In this document: in pieces, positions 8,367 to 19,660 of the stretch | How positions within the stretch are numbered: the first letter of the stretch is position 1 | Layout: each line of letters begins with the position of its first letter | Assembly (NCBI GenBank): GCA_037144095.1 | Contig: JBAWXL010000003.1 | Location: 1 to 49,584 of the forward strand | Direction of reading: 5' to 3' | DNA: 49,584 nucleotides | Source of the DNA: Bacteroidota bacterium | Lineage (GTDB): Bacteria; Bacteroidota; Bacteroidia; Bacteroidales; CAIXTV01 | Notes under the pieces: model-generated | Told to the model about the DNA's origin: nothing | What the model saw: the letters and a program-made list of their open reading frames with translations, nothing else | Database searches by the model: none | Made by a program: the position numbers and the translations under genes

Positions 8367-11300
8367 TTATAATTGATTTAATTGTCTGCTTTTCTCTTTT
8401 ATACCTGCTGAAATTATTAATATGATTATTGCAAATATTGTGCCCCAAGCCCAAAGAGGGAAAATGGGTGTGTCTCCCGCTCCATAGCTATGCATCCCTT
8501 TCGAGAGGTAATAGTTAACTCCAACGAAGGTCATAATCACACTCGAAAACCCTAAAACTGAAGCCACATTAAACGCATATTTACTTTTTAATTTCGGGAT
8601 AAACCTCATGTGAAGCACCACCGAATAGGTGATTACAATGATAAGTGCCCAGGTTTCTTTTGCATCCCATCCCCAATATTTCCCCCACGACTCATTCGCC
8701 CAAACTGCTCCCAAAAAGGTTCCTACAGTTGCCAAAATAAGTCCTATAATAAGATTCATTTCAATGATATAAGTGTTTTCCGAAATAAGTAAATCAAGTC
8801 GAAGCTGGTTTTTTTCTGATTTAAATAAATAGATAAACATATTCATTAAACCCAATATAAAACCTAAGCCCAAAAACCCATAGCTAATCGTCAGCGTTGC
8901 TACATGTATGATAAGCCAGAAAGATTTTAAAACCGGCTGTAAGTTGGTGAGTTGAGGATCGTAGCTGCTATGGCTTGCAGTCATCAATACGAAGAAAGCA
9001 AGCAAAGTGGTGGCAGCTAAAGTCAATTTCGAATACTTTGCAAAACTAAATCCTGCTAATAAAGCGCCCCATGCAACCAATAATAAAGCCTCGTACCCAT
9101 TACTCCAAGGCGCATGTCCTGTTATGTACCATCTAAGCCCCATGCCTAAAGTATGATAAAGAAAAGCCAACCCCAATACTGCCGTCAATACATTTAAAGA
9201 AATAGTGATGAACTTGCTTTTCTTTGATTTTATGTTTTCAACAAATGCAAGTATGAGCAGCAGTACACTCAATCCTGCAAAAACATTTTTCAGAAGAATA
9301 AATATATCTGCATTATTATAAAATATCTCAGCTTTTATTTTGGCTTCAGAAGGTAGCAAAGAAGGATCTGAATTTTGTTTTTGAATATCAGAAATGTAAC
9401 CAACGATTTTATCTGCTCTTGAGAAATCTCCGCTTTTCAAACCTTTCAAAACTTCAAATACGTATGATTGCATAATGCTTGCATAAGTAAATACTTCCAA
9501 ATGCAAATCCTGATTGATAGCTGTAATTGCACCAGTTAAAGGAACGTTAGCTGCTTTATCATCCCAACTAATCCATTTGTGGTTTTGAGAATTCTGCTCA
9601 GGGAAGATTTTCAATATGCTGCCATTTAAAATCATATTAAAAATATTCAGACGTTCATCAACTTTCAATATTTCTTTATCGAATTTATTTTTCTCCGATG
9701 GTTTTTTCCTAAATGCATCATTAATCTGTTTTTCGATTTTATAACCCGATTTTACATCAAAGAAATCAAGAAAAGACGCATATTCACCTGTAGCCCCAAC
9801 CAAATCCCTAATGCCTTGCTGTGGGATATAAATAATTTTTTGTTTTTGCCAGAATTCAGCCTCAACCATCATATCAATAAGAGCCTGCACAGCATTCAAC
9901 TTGCCTTTTCCTTCTATATCAAAATTTTCTTTTTTAGAAATTTTATGCATTAAATCAATAGCCAAAGTATGCACTGGCGCAAATCGCCCGTCAAAAGTCT
10001 GAACTAGAAGTTGCCCCAACTTATCGGCATGTTCAACAGAAATCGATTTATTAGGAGAAGTTTGAGAAAATAAGAATCCGCTAAATCCCAATAAAAAAAC
10101 CAGAGTCAGACCAATTGATTTTCTTTTATTCCTAACGTCCTGAATAAGTTTCTGTAAAATACCAAAACGGGAATTCTTATTAAATAAGGTGATAATAAAG
10201 CCCAAAGTCAGCAACGAATATCCAATATAAGAAATTAAAGTTCCCCAAAAATCATGATTTACTGACAAAACCGTGCCTTGTTGATCATTATCATACGAAG
10301 ATTGAAAAAAACGATATTGATTATAGTCCAAAACATTATTCATATAAATACTATGGTCCTCTGTCAGGTTTTTTCTTTTATCAATCAGAGTAACTTCACT
10401 TTTATAAGATGATGGACTTTCTGAGCCCGGGTATTTTTCTAAAATAAAATCTTTCAAATAAAGCGAAAATGGAAGTTCAACCGGTTTATTTCCAAACCCA
10501 AATTTGATGTTGGTGCCTTCAAAATTAAAATCTTCGTATGCATACGCATTCCCCGAATTATCCAGCACATCAGCTTCATATTTATTTCCGTTTATCGTAA
10601 CATCCAAAATAACCGCATCCACCCCTCTGCCTCCTTCTTCCATACTTGAAGTCGTCAATTTTTTCTGAGCACTCTTATAAAACTTCGAATAAAGAAAAAC
10701 CACGCTATTCAAATTATAAACATACTTTTCTTTAAATTCATAAATACTATCCCTCCTAAGTGTATCTATTTCTGTTTCACTCATTGTCGAACACAAAAAA
10801 TCAAAAGGAGCACTGATATTTACCTTCCCGTCTTTATCACTAATATTGACCGCCTCATTTTTTCCCGGAACGTTATAAGCCATTAAAATATTTCCTACGC
10901 GCTTTGTTTCTCCGCTTTTAATCAAAGAAGTTTGCAATCCCATGGCAGTTCCAACCGAAAGCTCAACCATATTTTTGCCGCCTGTCACGTTTTCTTCCAT
11001 TTTCACAACAGCATTGCTCACAACTTCCCTATATCTTACATCAATTTTACCCTTATCTTCAAGCGGAATACTTGCATGAAAATCATTATGATTCTTTGCC
11101 CCAATATGAATAGGAGCTTCATAATTATAATTGTTTTTACTATCCGAATAAGAAATTGCCACATAAGGATCTGCGCTAAAAATAACGTTCGACGTTTCCC
11201 CTTTTCGAATATGCATACTACCCTCAAACCCAAAATACCTGGTAACTCCTGCACCTAAAATCATCAAAACAAAAGAAAGATGAAATATCAGACCTCCAAT

Positions 11301-11525
11301 TTTTTTCAATGAAAATAAATTATAAGTCCTGATATGTCCCACGAAATTAACGATAAGAAGTAAAAATAAAACTTCAAACCACAAAGTATTATACACCAAA
11401 GTTCGTGCAGTCACAGTGTCGTATTTATCTTCAATAAAAGTAGCCGAAGCCATTGCCAATGCAAGTATAATTAGCAATATAAGGGTTGCCTTTGAAGAAA
11501 GAAAGTAGTTTAAAAATGATTTCAT
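8367..11525 (-). CDS. ccsA: System II cytochrome c synthase CcsBA (ResB-CcsA fusion, NrfI-like)
   Basis: WANESWGKYWGWDAKETW WWD motif, GMHSY, and an N-terminal ResB region. Start placed at MKSFLNY. Confidence 0.92.
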   Translation of the reverse strand: MKSFLNYFLSSKATLILLIILALAMASATFIEDKYDTVTARTLVYNTLWFEVLFLLLIVNFVGHIRTYNLFSLKKIGGLIFHLSFVLMILGAGVTRYFGFEGSMHIRKGETSNVIFSADPYVAISYSDSKNNYNYEAPIHIGAKNHNDFHASIPLEDKGKIDVRYREVVSNAVVKMEENVTGGKNMVELSVGTAMGLQTSLIKSGETKRVGNILMAYNVPGKNEAVNISDKDGKVNISAPFDFLCSTMSETEIDTLRRDSIYEFKEKYVYNLNSVVFLYSKFYKSAQKKLTTSSMEEGGRGVDAVILDVTINGNKYEADVLDNSGNAYAYEDFNFEGTNIKFGFGNKPVELPFSLYLKDFILEKYPGSESPSSYKSEVTLIDKRKNLTEDHSIYMNNVLDYNQYRFFQSSYDNDQQGTVLSVNHDFWGTLISYIGYSLLTLGFIITLFNKNSRFGILQKLIQDVRNKRKSIGLTLVFLLGFSGFLFSQTSPNKSISVEHADKLGQLLVQTFDGRFAPVHTLAIDLMHKISKKENFDIEGKGKLNAVQALIDMMVEAEFWQKQKIIYIPQQGIRDLVGATGEYASFLDFFDVKSGYKIEKQINDAFRKKPSEKNKFDKEILKVDERLNIFNMILNGSILKIFPEQNSQNHKWISWDDKAANVPLTGAITAINQDLHLEVFTYASIMQSYVFEVLKGLKSGDFSRADKIVGYISDIQKQNSDPSLLPSEAKIKAEIFYNNADIFILLKNVFAGLSVLLLILAFVENIKSKKSKFITISLNVLTAVLGLAFLYHTLGMGLRWYITGHAPWSNGYEALLLVAWGALLAGFSFAKYSKLTLAATTLLAFFVLMTASHSSYDPQLTNLQPVLKSFWLIIHVATLTISYGFLGLGFILGLMNMFIYLFKSEKNQLRLDLLISENTYIIEMNLIIGLILATVGTFLGAVWANESWGKYWGWDAKETWALIIVITYSVVLHMRFIPKLKSKYAFNVASVLGFSSVIMTFVGVNYYLSKGMHSYGAGDTPIFPLWAWGTIFAIIILIISAGIKEKSRQLNQL

Positions 11526-11750
11526 TTTTGAAGTTAAATTAGTCGCTTTGGTTTGATTAAAACTCATTGCAATATTACAAAAAAACAAAGTATTACATAC
11601 AAGCAATTTTTTGCTGCTTTAAGGTTGAAAACATTAAGATTGTCAATAAGCAGGCTTTTTAACAACTCTGAATATGCTCTAACCCCAACAACTAAGCATG
11701 TTTCAGCCTATTTTAACCTTCCTGTTTTAAGGAAAAATAAAATCAGCATT

Positions 11751-11784
11751 TTGATTAATATCATTTTATTTTCGATAATTATCA
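11751..11784. promoter_or_regulatory. Tandem FNR-type boxes in the ccsBA/nrfJ divergent promoter
   Basis: TTGAT-taat-ATCAT and TCGAT-aatt-ATCAT, 21 bp apart. TAATTTTG -7 box at 11857. Confidence 0.6.
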
Positions 11785-11897
11785 TTAAACAATGGTGTTC
11801 ATAAGCTGTTTATGCAAATATATGTCTTTCTATACTCAACTATTTTAAATTATGAGTAATTTTGCCGCAAATAATCAAATTAAATAAAGATAAAAAA

Positions 11898-12662
11898 ATG
11901 AAAAACTACGCTAATTATTTTAAACTATTGTGCCTTGCTTTTATAACCTTGGTATCATGTAATTCAAACAAGTATGCTAAAGAAGCAGAACTACTAAAAA
12001 AAGGGGTACATACAGTTGTTGTACAAGAAATCATTCAAACCAGTAACTATACCTATTTCCGTTTAAGCGAATTAGGCAATCCTCAAATTAAAGAAACCGA
12101 TACACTTTGGGCTGCCGTAACGAGAACCGAATCTAAAATTGGCGAAACACTTTATTATAAAGGTGGTTTCCCCATGAAAGATTTTCCAAGCAAAGAACTC
12201 AACAGAACTTTTAAAGAAGTTTTATTTCTCGATAGTTTAAGCCACACTTCTGATTTTGCAAAAAAGGAAATGGCAGCCATCCCTTCGCATCAATACATGT
12301 CAACTGCTGATTCCACAATGGCAATGAAACCTAAAATCACTAAAGTTGAAGTCAAGGTCGATCCTATTGCAGGCGGAGTATCCATTGCAGATTTATACAG
12401 CAAAAAAGCTTCTTTCTCCGGAAAAACCATAAAAGTTAAAGGCAAAGTCACCAAATTCAGTCCCGAAATTATGGGCAAAAATTGGATACACATTCAGGAT
12501 GGAACAGAATCAAATGGTAAATTCGATCTGACAATCACCACTTCATCAACAGTAAACGTAGGTGATGTGCTTGGCTTCGAAGGCAAAATTTCATTAAACA
12601 AAGATTTAGGTCACGATTACTTTTATGAAGTAATTATGGAAGATGCTAAAATCCTTAAATAA
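11898..12662 (+). CDS. NrfJ-like OB-fold lipoprotein
   Basis: Lipobox LVSC; YTY..WAAV..M.DF.SKELNRTF; VKGKVTK..IMGKNWIHIQDGT. Confidence 0.6.
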   Translation: MKNYANYFKLLCLAFITLVSCNSNKYAKEAELLKKGVHTVVVQEIIQTSNYTYFRLSELGNPQIKETDTLWAAVTRTESKIGETLYYKGGFPMKDFPSKELNRTFKEVLFLDSLSHTSDFAKKEMAAIPSHQYMSTADSTMAMKPKITKVEVKVDPIAGGVSIADLYSKKASFSGKTIKVKGKVTKFSPEIMGKNWIHIQDGTESNGKFDLTITTSSTVNVGDVLGFEGKISLNKDLGHDYFYEVIMEDAKILK

Positions 12663-12666
12663 CCAT

Positions 12667-13248
12667 ATGATCAATAAAATTCTATCTGCCTTAGCTCTAA
12701 TCATATTTTTGGCAGTTTCATTCACTTCGTGTAATTCAGTTGAGAAAAAACCTATCCCGAAAACTTCCGAAGACAGCACTGTAGTTTTCACAAAAGATAG
12801 CTTTGCCTTTTACGAAAATAAACTCATCGAAGATTCACTCAACACCCAACTTCGCTATGCATTAGCCACCAACTATTATGCCGACAAGCAGTTTGATAAA
12901 GCCATTGAACATCTCTTACTTGTTTGCAAAACTGAAGATAAAAATTTAGCAGCTATAGTTACACTGGGGAATGTCTATTACGATGCTTCTCAATATGAAA
13001 ATGCCATAACATCCTACGAAAAGGCACTACAACTCGACCCTACCGACCTCAACGTACGTTGCGATCTAGCTACCTGTTATTTGAATATTAAAAAAGCAGA
13101 TGTAGCTTACAACCTGTTAAAGAAAAACATTCAGATGGATAATAAACATGCACAGTCCCATCACAATCTATCGGTCGTATATTCTCAAATGGGCAAAGCC
13201 AAAGAAGCCGAAGAAGAAATGAAAATCTTTAAATCCTTGAATAAATAA
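12667..13248 (+). CDS. TPR-repeat lipoprotein
   Basis: Lipobox FTSC and TPR helices (LGNVYY..YENAI..YEKALQLDP). Confidence 0.8.
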   Translation: MINKILSALALIIFLAVSFTSCNSVEKKPIPKTSEDSTVVFTKDSFAFYENKLIEDSLNTQLRYALATNYYADKQFDKAIEHLLLVCKTEDKNLAAIVTLGNVYYDASQYENAITSYEKALQLDPTDLNVRCDLATCYLNIKKADVAYNLLKKNIQMDNKHAQSHHNLSVVYSQMGKAKEAEEEMKIFKSLNK

Positions 13249-13271
13249 GATTTACAACAACCGATTTTTTT

Positions 13272-13321
13272 AAGTTGGGATAAAACATTAAAGCAATAAT
13301 GTTCTATCCCAATTTTTTTTT
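13272..13321 (+). terminator. Intrinsic terminator
   Basis: ttgggata.aacatta/taatgtt.tatcccaa followed by a T-run. Confidence 0.7.
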
Positions 13322-13346
13322 ATCAAAATATCAAAAACTAAAAACC

Positions 13347-13500
13347 CTTCGAAGGAAGTTTTAATATCTTCGAAGCTTTTTCTCCTTCTTCGAAGGAAGT
13401 TTTAACATCTTCGAAGCCTTTTCTCCTACTTCGAAGGAAGTTTTAATATCTTCGAAGCCTTTTCTCCTACTTCGAAGGAAGTTTTAATATCCTCGAAGCT
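13347..13500. repeat. 41-bp tandem repeat (~3.7 copies) with palindromic CTTCGAAG every 21/20 bp
   Basis: CTTCGAAG at 13347, 13368, 13388, 13409, 13429, 13450, 13470; CCTCGAAG at 13491. Confidence 0.9.
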
Positions 13501-13794
13501 AAGCATAACACTCTTGGAAAACAATTCTACTAAACTGAATATAAACTTAATGCAAATTCAAATTCATTTAGATTCAGCAACAACAATTTATAAAACATTT
13601 AAATTAACTCTCAAAACTTAATTGGAGAAGTCGAACCTACAAAAAATGAAGTTTAATCAAATCAACATTCATAAGCTCGTTCCAATTTTAACTTCAAATA
13701 CTTCAACCAAACATTCATTGTCACTCCACCAAGTTCAAATCTGAATTATTTTGCTACATTTGCATTCAAATTCAAATTAAACAAATACTTTATC

Positions 13795-14391
13795 ATGAAA
13801 AAATTATTTTTCTTCCTTGTAGCATCTGCATTAATCCTCAGTCTTAACATCGGTTGCAATAGTTGTAGCAACCAAACCGCTGACTCAACCAAAGTAAGCA
13901 ATGTCCTCTCCGTCGATAGTTTCTTAGTAGCTCCCGAAAAATGGGCCAACAAAGAAGTCGTTATCTCCGGAACCGTATCTCACGTTTGCCGCCATAGTGG
14001 CAAAAAACTTTTCCTGTTCGGCGCTAATGCTGAAAAGACCGTCAAGATTAATGCGGGTGGCAGTTTCTCTACTTTCGATTTAAAATATGAAGGCGTCGAC
14101 TTAGAAGTTACCGGCACCGTAGTCGAAGACGAAAAAATTGATGCCAATTATTTAAATGAATGGGAAGCCGACATCAAGAAAAGTGTTGCCGACAAAGATC
14201 AAAAGGTATGTAACGAAGAAAACAAAGCCATTACCGGTCAAACTAATGTAAAAGGGAAACAAGACTCAGTTGTTGAAGATCCTTATGCCGATGTGAAAGA
14301 ATTCCGCAAAAAACTTGCTGCAAGTGGAAAAACTTATATTTCGGTTTATGCCATCAATTGCAAAACAATTAAGGAGCTAAAAAAGAAGTAA
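13795..14391 (+). CDS. Hypothetical OB-fold-like lipoprotein/secreted protein
   Basis: Signal with Cys, GTVSHVCRHSGKK motif, TACATTTG -7 box upstream. Confidence 0.7.
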   Translation: MKKLFFFLVASALILSLNIGCNSCSNQTADSTKVSNVLSVDSFLVAPEKWANKEVVISGTVSHVCRHSGKKLFLFGANAEKTVKINAGGSFSTFDLKYEGVDLEVTGTVVEDEKIDANYLNEWEADIKKSVADKDQKVCNEENKAITGQTNVKGKQDSVVEDPYADVKEFRKKLAASGKTYISVYAINCKTIKELKKK

Positions 14392-14412
14392 TCTCCAAAA
14401 GTTTACTTTCTT

Positions 14413-14982
14413 ATGGCATCTAATGCTTTACGAATCTTCCGTAAGTGGAATCGGATTCTACATCGCGATATTGGATATTTCTTTTTCGGAATGACCATTA
14501 TTTATTGCATTTCAGGCATTGCACTCAATCACAAAAGCGACTGGAATCCGAATTACGATATCACCTATAAAGATATCACAATTAAAGATAACATCAACAA
14601 ATCCACCATCACTCAGGACTGGGTAATGGGTCTTTTAAAACAATATCACGAAGAAGACCACTATAAAAAGTATTTCTTTCCCGATGCATCAACCCTGAAA
14701 ATTTTCATTGATAATGGCTCTGTCACTATCAACATGGACTCCAAAGAAGGCTTCATTGAAAAAATCACCAAACGTCCCTTTTTCTTTGAAATAAATTTCC
14801 TTCACTACAATCCCGGAAAATGGTGGAAATGGTTCTCTGATATTTTTTGTCTTGGAATGATTATAATTGCTGTAAGCGGTTTGTTTGTTATTGCCAAAAG
14901 CAAAAACAGTTTAACCAAACGCGGAATTTGGTTTGTTGTAGCAGGACTGATATTACCAATCCTCGCTCTAATATTCTTATAA
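14413..14982 (+). CDS. PepSY-associated TM helix protein
   Basis: LHRDIGYFF..SGIALNH; NFLHYN..WKWFSDIF..SGL. Confidence 0.85.
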   Translation: MASNALRIFRKWNRILHRDIGYFFFGMTIIYCISGIALNHKSDWNPNYDITYKDITIKDNINKSTITQDWVMGLLKQYHEEDHYKKYFFPDASTLKIFIDNGSVTINMDSKEGFIEKITKRPFFFEINFLHYNPGKWWKWFSDIFCLGMIIIAVSGLFVIAKSKNSLTKRGIWFVVAGLILPILALIFL

Positions 14983-15033
14983 AAAACATTGTATTCAAAA
15001 AAACCTTTTCCCCTATTCAATATTCTTCAAATC

Positions 15034-15066
15034 AAAAAAGGCTGCCCTTCGTCAAAGGCAGCCTTT
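15034..15066. terminator. Terminator between convergent PepSY and dnaK genes
   Basis: aaaggctgcc/ggcagccttt stem. Confidence 0.8.
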
Positions 15067-15085
15067 CGGTTAATTGAAAACTAAC

Positions 15086-16999
15086 TTATTTCACTTCTTC
15101 AAAATCAACATCTGTAACCTCAGCATCATTTTTTCCTGCATTTGCATCAGCATGTGGCTGATTTTGATCATTGGGGTTCGCTTGCCCTTGTTGTTCCTGG
15201 GTAGCTTTATACATTTCTTCGCTTGCAGCATTCCATGCAGTAGTCAGGTTGGCTGTGGCGGTATCAATAGCTGCAAAGTCGCGGTTTTTATGAGCTTCTT
15301 TTAGCTCGTTGTAAGCTGCATCAATAGCGGCTCTTTTATCGGCAGGAATTTTATCGCCATACTCTTTCAACTGTTTTTCAGTTTGGAAAAGTTGAGCATC
15401 AGCATTATTAATTTTGTCGGTTTCTTCTTTTATTTTCATATCCGATTCGGCATTCATTGCAGCTTCATCTCTCATTCGTTTGATGTCAGCTTCCGATAAA
15501 CCTGAAGAGGCTTCAATGCGGATGTTCTGCGATTTGCCTGTGGCTTTATCTTTAGCCGAAACATTCAGAATACCATTGGCATCGATATCAAAGGTAACTT
15601 CTATTTGAGGAATGCCTCTTGGAGCCGATGGAATGCCATCTAAATGGAAACGTCCGATGCTTTTGTTCTGATTAGCCATTGGGCGTTCGCCTTGCAATAC
15701 ATGAATTTCAACCGTAGTTTGGTTATCTGCAGCAGTTGAGAAAGTCTCTGATTTCTTGGTAGGAATGGTGGTGTTCGACTCTATTAATTTGGTCATCACA
15801 CTGCCTAAGGTTTCAATACCTAAGGAGAGAGGAGTTACATCGAGCAACAACACATCTTTCACTTCACCCGTTAGCACACCGCCCTGAATGGCAGCACCCA
15901 CAGCAACAACTTCGTCAGGATTCACCCCTTTCGAAGGCGTTTTCCCGAAAAAGTCTTCTACCACTTTCTGAATGATAGGAATACGGGTTGAACCTCCAAC
16001 CAAAATCACTTCATCGATATCTGCAGCTTTCAAGTTTGCATCCTGCAAAGCTTTGCGGCAGGGTTCCATAGTTGCACGTACCAAAGTATCGGTAAGTTGT
16101 TCGAATTTACCACGTGTAAGAGTTTTCACTAAATGCTTTGGAATACCATCCACCGGCATAATATAAGGAAGGTTAATTTCGGTTTGAGTTGAACTCGAAA
16201 GTTCAATCTTAGCTTTTTCAGCAGCTTCTTTCAAGCGCTGTAGGGCCATAGGATCTTTTTTCAAATCGATGCCTTCATCTTTTTTAAATTCTTCGGCTAA
16301 CCAATCGATAATCATTTGATCGAAATCGTCGCCACCCAGATGGGTATCGCCATTGGTTGATTTCACTTCAAACACACCATCTCCCAATTCAAGGATAGAT
16401 ATATCGAATGTACCACCACCCAAGTCGAAAACGGCGATTTTTATATCTTTATGTTTCTTATCCAAACCATAAGCCAAAGCAGCTGCGGTTGGTTCGTTGA
16501 TAATACGTTTCACATTCAGTCCGGCAATTTCACCGGCTTCTTTTGTAGCCTGACGTTGTGAATCGCTAAAGTAGGCAGGCACTGTGATAACAGCATCCGT
16601 AACTTCTTGTCCTAAATAATCTTCGGCAGTTTTCTTCATTTTCTGTAATATCATGGCTGATATTTCTTGTGGTGAATACATTCTGTCGTCAATTTTTACT
16701 CTTGGAGTATTGTTTTCGCCTTTCACGACAGTGTAAGCCATACGGCTGATTTCTTTTGTAACCCTGTCGAAAGGTTCTCCCATAAAACGTTTGATAGATG
16801 AAACGGTTTTATGAGGATTGGTAATAGCCTGACGTTTTGCAGGATCACCTACTTTGCGTTCTCCATTGTCGACAAAAGCAACGATTGATGGAGTTGTCCT
16901 ACGACCTTCGCTATTGGGTATTACAATGGGCTCGCTTCCTTCCATAACGGCAACACACGAATTGGTGGTACCTAAGTCTATTCCGATAATTTTTCCCAT
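15086..16999 (-). CDS. dnaK: Chaperone DnaK
   Basis: [28 protein letters not shown]. Confidence 0.99.
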   Translation of the reverse strand: MGKIIGIDLGTTNSCVAVMEGSEPIVIPNSEGRRTTPSIVAFVDNGERKVGDPAKRQAITNPHKTVSSIKRFMGEPFDRVTKEISRMAYTVVKGENNTPRVKIDDRMYSPQEISAMILQKMKKTAEDYLGQEVTDAVITVPAYFSDSQRQATKEAGEIAGLNVKRIINEPTAAALAYGLDKKHKDIKIAVFDLGGGTFDISILELGDGVFEVKSTNGDTHLGGDDFDQMIIDWLAEEFKKDEGIDLKKDPMALQRLKEAAEKAKIELSSSTQTEINLPYIMPVDGIPKHLVKTLTRGKFEQLTDTLVRATMEPCRKALQDANLKAADIDEVILVGGSTRIPIIQKVVEDFFGKTPSKGVNPDEVVAVGAAIQGGVLTGEVKDVLLLDVTPLSLGIETLGSVMTKLIESNTTIPTKKSETFSTAADNQTTVEIHVLQGERPMANQNKSIGRFHLDGIPSAPRGIPQIEVTFDIDANGILNVSAKDKATGKSQNIRIEASSGLSEADIKRMRDEAAMNAESDMKIKEETDKINNADAQLFQTEKQLKEYGDKIPADKRAAIDAAYNELKEAHKNRDFAAIDTATANLTTAWNAASEEMYKATQEQQGQANPNDQNQPHADANAGKNDAEVTDVDFEEVK

Positions 17000-17042
17000 A
17001 ATGAATTGTTTTTAAATTTTTCTAATTGTTTTCCGACTTATG

Positions 17043-17057
17043 TCAATCTTTGTGCCA
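17043..17057 (-). promoter_or_regulatory. Sigma54-like -24/-12 motif upstream of dnaK
   Basis: Minus strand TGGCACAAAGATTGA versus consensus TGGCAC-N5-TTGC. Confidence 0.4.
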
Positions 17058-17276
17058 ACACCAAAAATAGGACATAAAGTGAAATTATGTCAGATATTTC
17101 ACAAATAAAACTTAAAAAACATAAAATAAACTGACAAAAAGGCATTTTTCAGCCTAAAATGACAATTGTGCAATAAGCGAAATGAAAATAAAAGAGAAAT
17201 TCCTTTGCCGGAAATCAGTCAATAATATCAATCAAACTACCAAAATCGATTACCCTCCGTGGCTTATTGATGCACC

Positions 17277-17332
17277 ATTACCAATCACCGGTTACCGATT
17301 ACCTATCACTGATTACCGTTTACCAATAACCC
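17277..17332. repeat. Heptamer tandem repeat (ATTACCR-like x8)
   Basis: attacca atcaccg gttaccg attacct atcactg attaccg tttacca ataaccc. Confidence 0.8.
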
Positions 17333-17354
17333 AAGTCAAAATAACGGCCCTTAA

Positions 17355-18368
17355 TTAAAAACTCGGAACAAAACTCAAGTTCTTTGTGTATCTTCCATAC
17401 AAAACCGAATCTTTCGATCTTCCGTCTAAGGTATATGAGCGGGGATATTCAATAGAATTATCGTAACGGCACGAAAAAATACCTATTCCATTATTGACAT
17501 TTGTATAATCCGGACGGTCGAAAATTGGACTACCCGTTGGAGCATTCACATCAATATAGGTAGAAAGATCATCGCCCCCAACCAAAACTATTAAATCCAC
17601 CATACCACACACGCGGGTAACATTAGGATTTACCGGAATCAAAAAAGAAATCATCGAGAAAAAAGATTGCCCGTAAGTTTCTTCCATCACTTTACCCCCT
17701 TGTATATCAGAAGATTTTTGCGAACCAAAATTAACATCAACAGCATGCTGCGTAATAATGCCCCCGGCATCTTTTTCCGAATAATGGAATCTGAAAATCA
17801 GCTCATATCGTCTGCCATTTACCGCAGTTTTCCAACTCGCCACTTTATTAGAAGCAAAACCAATAGTAAAACCCGTAGGAGCAGTCACACTAAACTTTTG
17901 AATCAATTTTGTAGAAGAAGAAATTATTTTCCCTGTGGTTTTGTTTAAAACAAACAGTTTATATTCGAATTCATTATTATAATTTGAATTATTAGGATTC
18001 AGCTTATGAGCTGCTTTCCAAACATATTGATTCGGATAATAAAAAATTCCGGGTTCTTTATTATAAATTGAAGTCGTATCGAACGAAAAAGTAGAAACAT
18101 GTTGTCCGTTTTCCCATTCTTCCATATAAACATCCAAATCCGAAGGATTATAATTGCTCAAAGCAGGATCGGTGGCCATCACATAAGCATTATTGTCGCC
18201 AATAAAAGCTTTGTTTATTTTAATATAATGAATGCTGTCGTTTTGATTGAGCAAACCATACACAACAGTAATATCCTGATAATCCGCATTTACAACAACC
18301 TTTGTAGAACAAGAATTGAACACCAACACAGTCAGCAGCACAAATAAAAACCGGCAAATAGATTTCAT
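17355..18368 (-). CDS. Lipoprotein, DUF4249-like
   Basis: Lipobox FNSC; VVYGLL..D..HYIKINKAF; YTNVNNGIGIFS. Confidence 0.7.
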   Translation of the reverse strand: MKSICRFLFVLLTVLVFNSCSTKVVVNADYQDITVVYGLLNQNDSIHYIKINKAFIGDNNAYVMATDPALSNYNPSDLDVYMEEWENGQHVSTFSFDTTSIYNKEPGIFYYPNQYVWKAAHKLNPNNSNYNNEFEYKLFVLNKTTGKIISSSTKLIQKFSVTAPTGFTIGFASNKVASWKTAVNGRRYELIFRFHYSEKDAGGIITQHAVDVNFGSQKSSDIQGGKVMEETYGQSFFSMISFLIPVNPNVTRVCGMVDLIVLVGGDDLSTYIDVNAPTGSPIFDRPDYTNVNNGIGIFSCRYDNSIEYPRSYTLDGRSKDSVLYGRYTKNLSFVPSF

Positions 18369-18540
18369 AAAAAGGTCAAATTATAGACACGCAAAGATAG
18401 ACTTTTTTATTTTCCTACAAGTTTTGGAATATAAATATGGTTAATTCTTTTATTCGAACTGTATCCTATTTTTTTATGATTTCTTAGAAATATGATTAAA
18501 TAACATATATTCTGCATATTACAAGAAAATAAGGTTTCAA

Positions 18541-18666
18541 AATAGTGCTATAAAAAATCGTTACAGTGCTATTTCAATTTTTTATAGTGCTAAAAGAAAT
18601 CGAAATAGTAGAATTTCAAATTAAAATAGTGCCATCCCAATTTTTAATAGCACTATAAAAATAGGC
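18541..18666. repeat. 21-bp-period array (6 units, WATAGTGCTA core)
   Basis: Units at 18541, 18562, 18583, 18604, 18625, 18646. Confidence 0.8.
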
Positions 18667-18844
18667 TAAGGGCAATACATTGTTTGTCCTCACTCCGAAT
18701 AATTCAGCAAAAGCCTATCCTTTCTTATCCTTTAAACGGCAATGAAAATCACCTATTCACAAAATCACCAAATAAAAAAAGAATCTTCAAAATAGACCCT
18801 ATATATAATATTAAATATACCTTTGCATTACCAAATTCAAGCTT

Positions 18845-19660
18845 ATGTCAAAATTCAGAGAAGAACCCAAAATAACCACCCACACCCTTCAGGAGATGAA
18901 GCATTCGGGCGAGAAAATAGCTATGCTCACCGCTTACGATTATTCAATGGCACGTTTGCTCGACAGTGCGGGAGTGGATGTGATACTGGTAGGCGATTCG
19001 GCATCCAATGTGATGGCGGGCTATCGCACCACCTTGCCCATCACCCTCAACGAGATGATTTATCATGGTTCGTCCGTACAACGTGGAGTAACTCGCGCTC
19101 TGGTGGTGGTCGATTTGCCCTTTGGCACCTATCAGGGAAACTCAAAAGAAGCTCTTAATTCAGCCATCCGCATCATGAAAGAATCGGGCGTAGATTCAGT
19201 CAAACTCGAAGGCGGAAGCGAAATCATCGAATCGGTTGAGCGTATTTTATCTGCCGGCATTCCGGTGATGGGACATTTGGGCTTAACTCCTCAATCTATT
19301 CATAAGTTTGGAACTTATGTTGTGAGAGCCACCGAACCCAAAGAAGCCGCCAAACTTATTGAAGATGCCCATAAGCTTGAAAAAGCAGGTTGTTTTGCCC
19401 TGGTACTCGAAAAAGTGCCTGCCACATTGGCAGCTAAGGTGGCAAGTGAACTGACTATACCCGTGATTGGTATTGGCGCCGGAAACAAAGTAGATGGTCA
19501 GGTATTGGTGTTGCACGATATGTTGGGCATTACGCTGCAATTTTCACCGCGCTTCCTGCGAAGATATGCTAACCTCAGCGAAGAAATCATTGGTTCGGTT
19601 ACTTCCTATATTAATGATGTAAAATCGGTTGATTTCCCGAATGAGAGAGAACAATATTGA
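18845..19660 (+). CDS. panB: 3-methyl-2-oxobutanoate hydroxymethyltransferase
   Basis: [34 protein letters not shown] -7 box at 18818. Confidence 0.98.
   Translation: MSKFREEPKITTHTLQEMKHSGEKIAMLTAYDYSMARLLDSAGVDVILVGDSASNVMAGYRTTLPITLNEMIYHGSSVQRGVTRALVVVDLPFGTYQGNSKEALNSAIRIMKESGVDSVKLEGGSEIIESVERILSAGIPVMGHLGLTPQSIHKFGTYVVRATEPKEAAKLIEDAHKLEKAGCFALVLEKVPATLAAKVASELTIPVIGIGAGNKVDGQVLVLHDMLGITLQFSPRFLRRYANLSEEIIGSVTSYINDVKSVDFPNEREQY

Noticed and set aside
18497-18524. XerCD dif site
   Set aside because: The 28-bp length and one arm resemble dif, but the second copy (2694) lacks the XerD arm.
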